Shown one piece after another: positions 17,191-27,098 of a stretch of DNA of 36,890 nucleotides (position 1 is its first letter; every line of letters begins with the position of its first letter). Origin of the DNA: a virus (lineage: Duplodnaviria > Caudoviricetes); the IMG/VR virus record IMGVR_UViG_3300028369_000016, positions 1 through 36,890 of that record; one strand, given 5' to 3'. Position numbers and translations under genes: made by a program. The notes beneath the pieces were generated by a model. The model was given only the letters and a program-made list of their open reading frames with translations, made no database searches and was not told the origin of the DNA.

Positions 17191-17591
17191 GCGCCGAGGC
17201 TGATATTCATGTGGCACTGATGGCACGCGCCGAGGTAATGGCTACCGCGCTGTCCTATCCCGTGCTATGGCCGCAAAAGGGCGGCGGCATTCCAACGGGT
17301 GAGCATATCAAAATTGCGCATTTGCCAAACGATAATGAGCCTGCCGAACTGTCCAGCAACGTCATGCGGCGGCAGGGGTTTCTTGTGATAACGCTGGTGT
17401 CACCGCTTGGCGTTTATGAGGCGGTCACAAGGGCAAAGGCGGGGCTTATTGCGGCGTTTTTCTACCGCGCCTTGCGCCTGACTGTGAACACGACAACGCT
17501 AACAATCAACGGCCACTCGGTGCGGACCGGACGGCAGGAAGGGCAAAGATGGGAAACCCCGATCTTCGTAGGCTACCAGGCAACCGCGTGA
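17187..17591 (+). CDS. Tail terminator protein (DUF4128-like)
   Basis: Position before the tail tube gene; G.L.I...P.G motif and W.TP....Y ending. Confidence 0.7.
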   Translation: MSAEADIHVALMARAEVMATALSYPVLWPQKGGGIPTGEHIKIAHLPNDNEPAELSSNVMRRQGFLVITLVSPLGVYEAVTRAKAGLIAAFFYRALRLTVNTTTLTINGHSVRTGRQEGQRWETPIFVGYQATA

Positions 17592-17761
17592 AAAAAGACG
17601 CGCGCGTGTCTCTGACAAACACAAACAAGGCAAACGGTCTCATTGGCGCAATTGCTACCCCGTTTGAATCTGACGCCGCGCAATGGCTTGCAAAAGGCTG
17701 GACGCGCACTCTGCCCGAAACAACTGAAACGCTGACCCCAAAGGACAACACACATGACTAA
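17588..17761 (+). CDS. Small hypothetical protein
   Basis: GTG start overlaps the upstream stop; ...AQWLAKGWTR... Confidence 0.5.
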   Translation: MKKDARVSLTNTNKANGLIGAIATPFESDAAQWLAKGWTRTLPETTETLTPKDNTHD

Positions 17762-18227
17762 CTTCATCGGCCAAACCCTGTTTGTCGCGGAAGCGCTTCC
17801 GACCGCAAACACCGCCGCAGCATTTGCCGCCCTGACTTGGGTTCGCGTTAATGGCGAGTTGGATTTGTTCCAGCTTGGCGTCACGCATTCCATGATCGAA
17901 ATTCCGGCGTTGTCCGGATTTACGAAGGCGGACAAGGGCGCAGGCACCGGCAGCGAAAGCACCGCGACCTTCGAGGAAGTGCCATCAGACGCTGGCCAAG
18001 AGGACATCAAGAACGCCGCTGATGGCGACTCGGGCATCCTGTCGGTCAAGATCGTGGACGGTTCCGGGGTGGCAAATGCGCCAGTTGCGGGCGATCCGGT
18101 CAAGTATGCGCAAGGCATCGCGCATAGCCATGTGCCGAACCAACCCACCAACGCGAACTTCCAAGGCTTTTCGATCAGTTTCCGGCAGAACGCAGCTACG
18201 ATTGTGGCGACTGAGCCAGCAGCCTAA
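17754..18227 (+). CDS. Major tail tube protein
   Basis: 157 aa; LP.....AFAALTW..V, K..KG, DAGQ; AAGGA RBS; upstream of the tail chaperones. Confidence 0.8.
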   Translation: MTNFIGQTLFVAEALPTANTAAAFAALTWVRVNGELDLFQLGVTHSMIEIPALSGFTKADKGAGTGSESTATFEEVPSDAGQEDIKNAADGDSGILSVKIVDGSGVANAPVAGDPVKYAQGIAHSHVPNQPTNANFQGFSISFRQNAATIVATEPAA

Positions 18228-18310
18228 TCCTGCTCCGGCAGGCTAGGGGCGCGCGTGGAGGTGGTTGGCCACCGCGCCCCGTTATCAACCACAACCAAAG
18301 GATTTGAACC

Positions 18311-18868
18311 ATGGATATGAACACCCGAAATTCCCGGCAGAAACAAGAGGACGGAGTTTTTGTGCCGTTGTGCGATCAGTGGACAGGCGAGGCCATCAAG
18401 ACCGGCAAGGACGCGCCGGGCTTCCTTGTGCGCGGCATCGCCGCCCGCTCAACGCAGATGCGGCTGGCAGAGGCGCAGCTTGCCGCCAAGCAGGCCGCCC
18501 AGGCGGTTGCGGACGGCAAGGGCGAGGCTGAATCCGCTGACGCCTACTTTGATCAGGTCCACAAGGCCACGATTGAAACCGCCATGAAATACATCATCGA
18601 GCCGCGCAACATGACGCTTGGCGATACGCCAGTGACAACGCCGGACCATATGCGCGAAATTCTCAACATGACCTTCCCGGATTTTCAGGTTGAGAAAGAC
18701 GACAAGGGTGCGCCCGTGATGACTACGGTCAGCATCAAGGACAAGGACGGCAAGCCGATTGATGTGCAAACGCCAAAGCTGATCGTGGTTGGCAAGACGT
18801 TCGCCCAGCAGGTCATTGATGCAGCGGAGAATCAGCAGGGTTTTTTGGACAAACAGCCGACTGGTTGA
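18311..18868 (+). CDS. Tail assembly chaperone (gpG-like)
   Basis: Between the tail tube and TMP genes; ends over a slippery site. Confidence 0.8.
   Translation: MDMNTRNSRQKQEDGVFVPLCDQWTGEAIKTGKDAPGFLVRGIAARSTQMRLAEAQLAAKQAAQAVADGKGEAESADAYFDQVHKATIETAMKYIIEPRNMTLGDTPVTTPDHMREILNMTFPDFQVEKDDKGAPVMTTVSIKDKDGKPIDVQTPKLIVVGKTFAQQVIDAAENQQGFLDKQPTG
18838..18844 (+). promoter_or_regulatory. -1 programmed ribosomal frameshift site G GGT TTT
   Basis: X XXY YYZ heptamer in the chaperone frame. The -1 frame (GGG TTT TTT GGA CAA...) is open into 18865..19236. Confidence 0.8.
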
Positions 18869-19236
18869 CACTGGCTGCGCATCAAGCCGGTTGGCTATCG
18901 AGCGCGGTTGAACACAAGGACGGACGGCCCATGATCACGCGCGCAAAACAGTATCAAGACGCGGGCCGTCCGGTGCCATTTGTGCAGGTCCATGCGTGCG
19001 CATATTTGCTTGAGGCGCTGATCGAGGCGGGGCCGGTAAAATCAGACGGCATGGGCAACCGCGTGGCGCTGGATTGGCACGATCTGAAAGCCTATGCCGA
19101 CATGACAGGGGCCGTGACAGAGGCGTGGGAAGCGTCTATGTTGCGGCGTATGAGCATGGCGTTCGCAAACGGACTGCAAGAGGGCAAGAGCGCGTTTAGT
19201 ATCGCGCCGGTGGATAGGGAGCCGACAAATGGTTGA
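18865..19236 (+). CDS. Frameshift extension of the tail chaperone (gpT-like)
   Basis: -1 frame relative to the upstream ORF, no good start of its own; L.W.DL.AY...TG.....WE motif. Confidence 0.75.
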   Translation: MTLAAHQAGWLSSAVEHKDGRPMITRAKQYQDAGRPVPFVQVHACAYLLEALIEAGPVKSDGMGNRVALDWHDLKAYADMTGAVTEAWEASMLRRMSMAFANGLQEGKSAFSIAPVDREPTNG

Positions 19237-22200
19237 CATGGCATCCCTTGCGGTTCGCATGGACACGTCGGACTTGCGGCGTGGGAAGCGCGACCTTGGC
19301 GACGTTAGCACGGCGGCGGGTGGCGCAGAGCGATCCGCTGACAGGGCTGGGCGCGCGTTTGGTGGCATGTCTGCCGCCATGGTCGCGGCGGCGGCTGCGG
19401 CGGCTGCTTTGGGCGCGGCGTTGGCGGCTGGCAAGCTGCTTGGACAGTTCATTGACGCCACCGTGACCGCCGAGGCATCGCAGGCACAGCTTGGCGCGGC
19501 TATCCTGTCAACGGGTGGCGCGGCGGGCCGGTCGATTGAGCAGTTGAACGCGCATGCGGCATCCTTGCAGCGGATCACCAATTTCGGAGACGAGGCGACT
19601 AACGCTATGCAAGGCGTGCTGCTGACGTTCACGCAGGTGCGTGGCGATCAGTTTGACGCCGCGACGGTGGCGGTAATGGACCTTGCCACGGCGATGGGGA
19701 CCGACCTCAGCACGGCGGCTTTGCAGGTTGGCCGCGCGTTGAATGATCCGGTCTTGGGCATGACGGCGCTGTCGCGGTCGGGTATCCAGTTTACCGAGGC
19801 GCAAAAGGAAATGGTGCGCCAGCTTGTCGCCAGTAACGACGTGATCGGCGCGCAAACCATTATCCTGGCCGAGTTGGAAACGCAGTTCGGCGGATCGGCG
19901 GCAGCGGCGCGGGATACCTTGGGGGGTGCGCTTGGATCGTTGCGCAATGCGTTCGGCGATCTGTTTGAGTTGTCTGGGCCGGGTTCCGAGGCATTGCGGG
20001 CGTCGATTGAACGTCTCACGGCGGCAGTTGCCAATCCCGAGTTTTTCGCAGCGGTGCAGTCGATTGGCACGGGGCTTTTCAAAGCGGCAGAAATTGGCGT
20101 GAATGCGCTAGTCGGGCTGTCCGAGGCGTTTACCACACTGGCGGATAACCTTGATCTGGTGGCCATATCGGTCGGCGTGCTTGGGGCGATGAAGGTTCCG
20201 GCTCTTGTCATAAGCCTTTCGGCCATGGCCACCAGCGGCGCACTGGCAGCGGGCGCAATGGCCACGCTTGCATTGGCCATGAACCTGATCCCCGCAGTCG
20301 CGCTATTCACCGGACTGGCGCTTGCGGCGACCACACTCTATCGCGGGTTTACAGAAAGCACTGCGGGGGCAGCGGCATTTGAAGGCGCGATTGCCCGCGT
20401 CGTGAGCGTCCAGGATGCGCTGAACACCGCGACTGAAAGGTTCTACAACAACGTCACGCAGCGGAACCTTGACGCCATGCTACAGGTAGCAAGGGATGCG
20501 GTTGCAACGGCTGAAACTGCACTTGACGCAGCACGGGCCGAGGCCGAGGCCGCGTCGTTCATGGTCACTCTGTTTGGCGCGGGAATTGGCGTTGACCGCC
20601 TGACAGAAGCGGCGGATGCAGTCACGCAACTTGCGCTTGATCTGTTTGACGCGGAAACGTCACTATCGGCGGCTGAACACGCGGCGGCGAACTTTGCCAG
20701 CGGGCTTGGTGATGCCGAAGATAACGCAGGCGCAATAGCGCGCAGCATCAATGGCCTCAGCTTCGCCAACGCCGTCACGGGCGCGTCTGCCCTTGCCGTC
20801 CAGCTTGGCATAGGTGCAGACGAAGCGCGCGCCATCAATGCTGCAATGAATGAGGCGGCTGGCATCCCGGAACAGGCCGCACCATCTACGGGCCTGTCGT
20901 TTGGTCTGGGCACAGTCGATACACAGACTTTTGGCGACTTTGGTGATGCGGTCTTGGAGTTTGGCGACAACGCTGAAACTGCGCGGCGTCGCGTTCAAAG
21001 TCTCACCACTTCCTTGGACGGGCAAGGCGGAACTGGCGGCGGCGTTGCAACCGCAGCAGCAGCGGCGGCTGCCGAAATCGAAGAACTCACCACGTTTGCG
21101 CAGGGCATGGGTGCGGCGTTGCAAGGCGGCACCAAAGACGCTGTTGAGATGGGCCGCGAGTTTGGCGGGTCACTGTTGCGCGGGATCGGCAGCGTGTCGG
21201 ACGCATTCGGTGATTTTATCATGCGCGGGTTTACCGACTTCAAGGGGTTCGTGGCCAGCATCTTGGACAGCTTCAAATCCATGTTGGCGCAGATGATCAG
21301 CATGGCAGTTCGCAATCGGATCATGCTGTCTATCGGCGCGTCTGGTGGCGGCGTGGGGCAAGCCGTGGCGGGCGTTGCTGGCAAGGGCGGCGGTGGGTTT
21401 CTGAGCAACCTGTTGCGCGGCGGCGGTGGCGCGGGCGCAAAGGGCGCAGGCGGCGGTGGGGGTTTGCTGGGCGCGTTCGGTAGTGGCAGCGGCCTCTTGG
21501 GTCTGGGCGGCGGTAGTGGCCTTCTAGGTCTTGGTGCAGGCTCCGGCTTGGCCACTGGGATCGGGTCGCTTGGCGTCGGCGCTGGACTGGCAGCGTCTCT
21601 TAGCGTGGCGATTCCGATCATCGGCGCGGTGGCCTTGGCGTTCTCAGCGTTCCGCACCAAAACCAAGGTGCTTGACGAAGGCATCCAGGGCAACATCACC
21701 AATATGGGCGTGCTGGCCAATACCTACAAAACGGTTGAGAAAAGCCGTTTCTTCGGCCTGTCCAAAAAGATCAGCACAACACTGGGGGCCGTTGACGCGC
21801 AGACAATGAGTTCTATCACTGGGGCGGTTCAATCTCTACAGACCGCCATAATGGACAGCGCGTCGACGCTGAATGTCGGAGCGGATGCGTTTGACCGCTT
21901 TTCGTATTCTTTTAAGGTGAGTGGGGGCGGCGGGCTTGAGGGTGTTATCGCTGCGTCGGCAGAAGCGTTCGCCGGTCTCATTCCGGGGCTGCAGGGGTTT
22001 GTCCTAGAGGGTGAAAAGATCACCGAAACGCTGGACCGCCTTGTCACTAGCCTGACGCTGGTAAATACCCGCATGGGCGACCTGGGCCTGAACACCTATG
22101 ACGTATCTGTTGCCGGTGCCGGTGCAGCAGCGGCATTTGCTGGACTGTTCGGGTCACTTGAAAACTTCAACGCGGTGTCGCAGTCCTACTATCAGAATTT

Positions 22201-22666
22201 CTACACCGACGCGGAACGGGTGGCGCGCGCGACTGAACTGCTGTCGATCGAGATGCTTGCGCTTGGCATCGACGCATTGCCATCCACCCGTGCAGCATTC
22301 CGCGCGCTGGTGGATGAAGCCGACGCGCTTGGCGATAGCGGGCTGGTGGCCTCACTGATGCAGCTATCCCCCGCATTTGCGGAAATCAGCGCGGGGGCCA
22401 ATGCGCTTGGCAACAGTCTGCGCGCGCTGGTCAATGAGGATTTGTTTGCCACGGGCCAGGATTACATCCGCGCGCTGTCACGGGCCGGGAACGATCAGGC
22501 ATTCACGCCGCGCGAGTCCGATGCACACTTGCGGGCAGAGTTGCGAGCGCTTAACGTGAGCATGGAGCGGCTGGTGTCGTCGTCGGAAATCACGGCGGGC
22601 AATACCGGGCGCGGGGCAGACGCGGCAGATGACACGCTGGCCTTCCAGTTGGAGCAGACCCTATGA
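19229..22666 (+). CDS. Tail tape measure protein
   Basis: 1145 aa, Ala-rich and helical; QVGRALNDPV.G..AL.R.GI.FT motif; Gly-rich hydrophobic segment. Confidence 0.93.
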   Translation: MVDMASLAVRMDTSDLRRGKRDLGDVSTAAGGAERSADRAGRAFGGMSAAMVAAAAAAAALGAALAAGKLLGQFIDATVTAEASQAQLGAAILSTGGAAGRSIEQLNAHAASLQRITNFGDEATNAMQGVLLTFTQVRGDQFDAATVAVMDLATAMGTDLSTAALQVGRALNDPVLGMTALSRSGIQFTEAQKEMVRQLVASNDVIGAQTIILAELETQFGGSAAAARDTLGGALGSLRNAFGDLFELSGPGSEALRASIERLTAAVANPEFFAAVQSIGTGLFKAAEIGVNALVGLSEAFTTLADNLDLVAISVGVLGAMKVPALVISLSAMATSGALAAGAMATLALAMNLIPAVALFTGLALAATTLYRGFTESTAGAAAFEGAIARVVSVQDALNTATERFYNNVTQRNLDAMLQVARDAVATAETALDAARAEAEAASFMVTLFGAGIGVDRLTEAADAVTQLALDLFDAETSLSAAEHAAANFASGLGDAEDNAGAIARSINGLSFANAVTGASALAVQLGIGADEARAINAAMNEAAGIPEQAAPSTGLSFGLGTVDTQTFGDFGDAVLEFGDNAETARRRVQSLTTSLDGQGGTGGGVATAAAAAAAEIEELTTFAQGMGAALQGGTKDAVEMGREFGGSLLRGIGSVSDAFGDFIMRGFTDFKGFVASILDSFKSMLAQMISMAVRNRIMLSIGASGGGVGQAVAGVAGKGGGGFLSNLLRGGGGAGAKGAGGGGGLLGAFGSGSGLLGLGGGSGLLGLGAGSGLATGIGSLGVGAGLAASLSVAIPIIGAVALAFSAFRTKTKVLDEGIQGNITNMGVLANTYKTVEKSRFFGLSKKISTTLGAVDAQTMSSITGAVQSLQTAIMDSASTLNVGADAFDRFSYSFKVSGGGGLEGVIAASAEAFAGLIPGLQGFVLEGEKITETLDRLVTSLTLVNTRMGDLGLNTYDVSVAGAGAAAAFAGLFGSLENFNAVSQSYYQNFYTDAERVARATELLSIEMLALGIDALPSTRAAFRALVDEADALGDSGLVASLMQLSPAFAEISAGANALGNSLRALVNEDLFATGQDYIRALSRAGNDQAFTPRESDAHLRAELRALNVSMERLVSSSEITAGNTGRGADAADDTLAFQLEQTL

Positions 22667-23568
22667 CACTGCGGATAATCGAGCCATTTGCCATAACCGA
22701 GACCAATATTGACAGCACGAATGTCGTGCTGGAAACGGCATGGACGGCTGGCACATATACGCTTGGCGACGTGCGGCGGGTGGATGAACGGCTGTTTGAG
22801 GTATCAGCGGCCAGCACAACGCAAGAGCCGGGGCTTGCCGCCACGACAGAATGGTTTGACGCTGGACCGGCCAATCGTTACGCGGCATTCGACCTGCAAT
22901 TCGGGGCGGACCAATACCGGGTGATCGACACGATCACGAGCCGCGCGGACAGCATCACTTACACGCTGGAAGGCTTGCCCCGACTTTCGGCCATGGCGTT
23001 CTTTGGGTTGCAGGCAACGCAAATCACAATCGTCGGCACGCTGAACACGACGGGCGATGTGGCCGACGTGACATACAATTTGCAGGACGACACGCCTTAC
23101 CTCGGGTCGTTCTGGCGCTGGTTTTTTGTGCCGCAATCGCTTGAGCGGTCGTATGTGACTTTCGGCCTGAATATCCCACAAGGCTCAACAGTGGTGGTGA
23201 CGATCACAAACACCGGCGCGACGGCAGCGGTCAGCACGATTGCCATGGGCATTGCTGATGAATACGGGACCGTAGAGACGCAATCCCCGCGCGGCTTGCG
23301 CAGTCGATCCGTCAAGAAAACTGAGGGCACGCTCACGTCCCTGTTGCGCCGGACCCCTGCATCGCGGGTCGGGTATCGGGTGCACCTGGACGGATACGCC
23401 GCCGATCCGTTCTGGCGCACGATAAACGACTTGGACGGGGTGGCGGCAGTATTTGCCGGACCTGATGACAACCCCGAATTAATAGCGTATGGTTTTGTCA
23501 GCTCGTGCCAGACGGTCAGCGACGTTCGCGGGATAACAAAAGTTCAACTCGAAGTGGAGACGCTCTAA
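22663..23568 (+). CDS. Tail tip protein (putative)
   Basis: Directly after TMP and ATGA-coupled; W.AGTY..GD and W...GP.NRYA.FD motifs. Confidence 0.7.
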   Translation: MTLRIIEPFAITETNIDSTNVVLETAWTAGTYTLGDVRRVDERLFEVSAASTTQEPGLAATTEWFDAGPANRYAAFDLQFGADQYRVIDTITSRADSITYTLEGLPRLSAMAFFGLQATQITIVGTLNTTGDVADVTYNLQDDTPYLGSFWRWFFVPQSLERSYVTFGLNIPQGSTVVVTITNTGATAAVSTIAMGIADEYGTVETQSPRGLRSRSVKKTEGTLTSLLRRTPASRVGYRVHLDGYAADPFWRTINDLDGVAAVFAGPDDNPELIAYGFVSSCQTVSDVRGITKVQLEVETL

Positions 23569-25079
23569 TGACCGCGCCAGTAATCAGACAATTCCTTGGA
23601 ACCATCCCGGACAAGGGGCAGTCACAGACGGCGTTTGACACGAACCTCGATGCGTTTCTTGACTGGCAGGCGCTGCAATTTGCGCCGGACCTTGTGGCGT
23701 TCGGGACGTTTGCCCAGTCAACGGCGGCGGCTTTGGTGGCCGCAAATCTGCCATCGCTTACCGGCAATGAGTTGGACGCGGTGCGGGTAAACGCAGCGGC
23801 TGACGGCGTGGAGTTTGTGGACGTAACGGCGGCGGGCTGGACGTTCTTGGCGGCGGCAGACTTGGCGGCGCAGAAAACCCTTCTTGGGATAGAGCCGTCG
23901 TTTCAAATTGGCGACACTATCACGTCTGCCCGTGCGCTTGCGTCGCCGGAATGGCTACCGAGCGATGGCGCAGTTTATCTGCAATCCAGCTATCCGGCGC
24001 TGTTTGCGGAATTGGGCATTATCGGTGACTTCAATCCCGGGTTGAAATTATCTGATCCTGCCACACTACCGGCAGGGACTGGCAACGGAACAGCCTTTTC
24101 CCCAGATGGCAACTACCTGTCCGTCGCTCACGCCACCTCTCCGTTCGTGACCATCTACAAACGCGATGGTGATGTGTTCACCAAACTGGCCGACCCTGCC
24201 ACACTACCGACAGGGATTGGTCTAGGCACTGCCTTTTCCGCAGACGGCACCTACCTATCTGTCGCGCACGCCACCTCGCCGTTTGTTACAATCTATAAAC
24301 GTGCGGGTGACGTTTTCACCAAACTGGCAAACCCTGCGACATTGCCTGCGGGGACTGGCCGGGGAGTGGCCTTATCAGCAGATGGAACCTATCTGTCCGT
24401 TGTGCATGACATATCGCCTTTCGTGACCATCTATAAACGTTCGGGTGACGTTTTCACCAAACTGGCAAACCCTGCCGCGCTGCCTGCGTCCAATGCCAAC
24501 GGAACAGCATTCTCACCAGACGGCACCTACCTATCTGTCGCGCACGGGGCCTCGCCGTTTGTGACCATCTATAAACGCTCTGGAGATGTGTTTACCAAAC
24601 TGGCAAACCCCGCGACATTGCCTGCTGGTAATGGACTCGGAACAGCCTTCTCAGCAGATGGAACTTACCTGTCCGTCGCGCATGACACATCACTATTCGT
24701 CACCATCTATAAACGTTCGGGTGACGTTTTCACCAAACTAGCCAACCCTGCCACACTACCGGCAGGGACTGGTAGGGGAACAGCCTTCTCAGCAGATGGA
24801 ACTTACCTGTCCGTCGCGCATGACACATCGCCATTCGTGACCATTTACAAACGCGCTGGCGACGTGTTCACCAAGCTGGCCAACCCTGCCACACTACCGG
24901 CAGGGATTGGCCTCGGAACAGCCTTTTCCCCAGATGGCAACTACCTGTCCGTCGCTCACAGCGGCTCTCCGTTTGTCAGCATCTACAGTTCAGCGATTTA
25001 CGACAAGGCCACAAGTTTTGCCGTAACTGCGTCTCCAGAAGAAAACCTCCCCCTCAAAACATTCATAAAGGCGACTTGA
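23568..25079 (+). CDS. Tail fibre/receptor-binding protein with collar-like domain and 7-bladed beta-propeller
   Basis: IGD......WLPSDG..Y....YPALFA.LG (tail collar), seven 46-aa AFSxDGxYL repeats and a C-terminal FIKA. Confidence 0.85.
   Translation: MTAPVIRQFLGTIPDKGQSQTAFDTNLDAFLDWQALQFAPDLVAFGTFAQSTAAALVAANLPSLTGNELDAVRVNAAADGVEFVDVTAAGWTFLAAADLAAQKTLLGIEPSFQIGDTITSARALASPEWLPSDGAVYLQSSYPALFAELGIIGDFNPGLKLSDPATLPAGTGNGTAFSPDGNYLSVAHATSPFVTIYKRDGDVFTKLADPATLPTGIGLGTAFSADGTYLSVAHATSPFVTIYKRAGDVFTKLANPATLPAGTGRGVALSADGTYLSVVHDISPFVTIYKRSGDVFTKLANPAALPASNANGTAFSPDGTYLSVAHGASPFVTIYKRSGDVFTKLANPATLPAGNGLGTAFSADGTYLSVAHDTSLFVTIYKRSGDVFTKLANPATLPAGTGRGTAFSADGTYLSVAHDTSPFVTIYKRAGDVFTKLANPATLPAGIGLGTAFSPDGNYLSVAHSGSPFVSIYSSAIYDKATSFAVTASPEENLPLKTFIKAT
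24048..24985 (+). repeat. Seven tandem 138-bp repeats (propeller blades)
   Basis: Equivalent positions at 24061, 24199, 24337, 24475, 24613, 24751 and 24889. Confidence 0.95.
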
Positions 25080-25080
25080 T

Positions 25081-25668
25081 ATGATCACCATTTATCAACT
25101 GGACGCCCAAGGGGTGTTTGTCGGGGAACGTGAGATTGATCCGATGGGGCCGCTGCCGCTACCGCTGGCGATGACTGCGCCGCCCAAAACAACGGGCGAT
25201 CAGGTCGCGCGGTGGAACGGATCGAAATGGGAAAAGCTGGCAGAGCGGCCAGCTTTACCAGTGGCCCCTCCAAAGTATGCAACAGCCTCCGCCGCCAAAT
25301 TGGCAATGACTGCTTGGATCAATGGACTCACTGCACAAATTCAGGATGAATACCCTGACGTCGTGCAGAAAGGCTGGATTGAAGAAGAAGCCATGGCAAC
25401 CGCGTTCACGGCTGGAACGCAAAGCGCGCAGCAGCTTGCCATTCTTACGGCGGATGCAACCAGCAAGGGCAGAACCCCTGCTGAACACGCAGCCCGCATC
25501 TTGGAAAAGGCACAAGCATTCAGGTCAATCGCACTGCAGACGCGCAATCTCTGGCTGTCGGTCGATAAGGCACTGGATAACGCCACGCCAGATCAATTCG
25601 AGGCCATCTTGCAGGGTGCCATTGCACAGGCCGCGCCGTTGGCAGCCGCGTTTGGGCTGAAAACATGA
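25081..25668 (+). CDS. Tail fibre assembly chaperone-like protein
   Basis: IYQLD..G.FVG...P...PP......W.G.KW N-terminus then Y.....W...E.EA-like helical domain; follows the fibre gene. Confidence 0.65.
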   Translation: MITIYQLDAQGVFVGEREIDPMGPLPLPLAMTAPPKTTGDQVARWNGSKWEKLAERPALPVAPPKYATASAAKLAMTAWINGLTAQIQDEYPDVVQKGWIEEEAMATAFTAGTQSAQQLAILTADATSKGRTPAEHAARILEKAQAFRSIALQTRNLWLSVDKALDNATPDQFEAILQGAIAQAAPLAAAFGLKT

Positions 25669-26057
25669 TTGACACCGCCGCCCTATTCGAGCGCGGTAAG
25701 GTCAGACGCTGGCGCACGACGGTCCCTATCGAATGGGACGTCGGGCGCAAGGCATCGGGGCACCGCGTCACCATCCCCGCAGGGACCGAGTTTGAAAGCA
25801 GCGTGCCTTGCTTGCTGCGCTGGTGGATGCGGCCCGATGATCCGCGCTACCTGCTCGCCGCGCTGGTTCATGACTACCTGCTTGAGGCAGGTGTCTACGG
25901 GCGGTTGCAGGCGGGGGCGGATTGGGACGATGCCGCGCGCGCGGCAGGCGCACCGGCAGGCAAAACCAATCTGGCGCTGATGGGTATCATGGCCAAGGCG
26001 CTCTGGCTCAACGAGCGCGATCGGCGGCGGACACCTAGCCAACCGGGGGCGGCATGA
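25665..26057 (+). CDS. DUF1353-family protein
   Basis: TIPAG..F..SVP..L.W...P.....AALVHDYL. Confidence 0.8.
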   Translation: MIDTAALFERGKVRRWRTTVPIEWDVGRKASGHRVTIPAGTEFESSVPCLLRWWMRPDDPRYLLAALVHDYLLEAGVYGRLQAGADWDDAARAAGAPAGKTNLALMGIMAKALWLNERDRRRTPSQPGAA

Positions 26058-26287
26058 CTGACATGATAAGAACATGGTGGCCAGTTGCCGTTACCGTCAT
26101 TGCCGCGATTGCATGGCTTATCCGGCTTGAGGCGCGCGGCATATCAAACGGCACCGAAATCAAGCGCCTGTGGTATCAACGCAAGGAGGACATGGAAGCC
26201 GCGAAAGACAGCCGCGACCGCATGGATCGCAGGCTTGACGAAATCGGGTCGGACATAAAGACGTTATTGAGGGGAATGGGGAAGTGA
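26054..26287 (+). CDS. Small membrane protein of the lysis region
   Basis: N-terminal TM (WWPVAVTVIAAIAWLIRLE) plus coiled coil; directly upstream of the endolysin. Confidence 0.7.
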   Translation: MTDMIRTWWPVAVTVIAAIAWLIRLEARGISNGTEIKRLWYQRKEDMEAAKDSRDRMDRRLDEIGSDIKTLLRGMGK

Positions 26288-26895
26288 ACCGTATCATAAT
26301 TCACTGGACCGCCGGGGGCAACAAAGCCAACGCGACCGACAAGCGGCACTATCACACCATTGTGGAGGGTGATGGCAACATTGTCTCTGGCAATCATCCG
26401 GTTTCCGCCAATGACCCGATCCGCCACCCGAACGACGGCAGCACATATGCGGCGCACACGCGGGGCGCGAATACCAAAGCCATCGGCATCGCTATGGCGG
26501 GAATGCGCGGCGCAAAGGAACGGCCATTTGACCACGGGCCATCGCCTATCACCAAGGTTCAGGTTGCGGCGCTTGTTGCCGAGGTGGCCAGATTGTGCCG
26601 CGCTAATGGCATCCCCGTGACGCGCGAAACCGTCCTGACCCATGCCGAGGTGCAGTCAACGCTTGGCATTGCGCAGCGCAACAAGTGGGACGTGATGTGG
26701 TTGCCGGGAATGGCAGCGGCGGGTGACGCGCACAAGATCGGTGATCATCTGCGCGAACGCATAGCTGTGTCTGCATCAAACAAATCCGCGCTGCACACCA
26801 CACCACGCACTGTGGCCCGTCCCGCGCCCGTCAAAAGCCTGTGGGCGCGTATCCTTGAATTGCTGGCATCCCTTATTAAAGGCAAGCGCACATGA
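26284..26895 (+). CDS. Endolysin, N-acetylmuramoyl-L-alanine amidase (Amidase_2-like)
   Basis: RIIIHWTAG, YH..V..DG, AHTRGANT.AIGI, LTHAEV and KWD motifs. Confidence 0.88.
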   Translation: MNRIIIHWTAGGNKANATDKRHYHTIVEGDGNIVSGNHPVSANDPIRHPNDGSTYAAHTRGANTKAIGIAMAGMRGAKERPFDHGPSPITKVQVAALVAEVARLCRANGIPVTRETVLTHAEVQSTLGIAQRNKWDVMWLPGMAAAGDAHKIGDHLRERIAVSASNKSALHTTPRTVARPAPVKSLWARILELLASLIKGKRT

Positions 26896-27098
26896 AATTC
26901 GTAGACGATGCGCGCCGGTGGTGGCGATGGCTATCTATGCAAGCGATGGGTGCCGCCTTCGCATTGCAGGGCGCGTGGGTGTTTATTCCGCCCGACCTCA
27001 AGTCGCGCGTAGGCGATGACACCGCCGCGTGGGTCACGGGCGCGCTGCTGGTGCTTGGCATGGTCGGGCGCATGGTTAAGCAGGGGGATGGGACATGA
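26892..27098 (+). CDS. Holin
   Basis: 68 aa with two TM segments; WRWLSMQ...W...P...GRMVKQ pattern; follows the endolysin. Confidence 0.75.
   Translation: MKFVDDARRWWRWLSMQAMGAAFALQGAWVFIPPDLKSRVGDDTAAWVTGALLVLGMVGRMVKQGDGT

Noticed and set aside
24048-24985. Diversity-generating retroelement TR/VR pair
   Set aside because: No reverse transcriptase in the genome, and differences between units are not adenine-specific.
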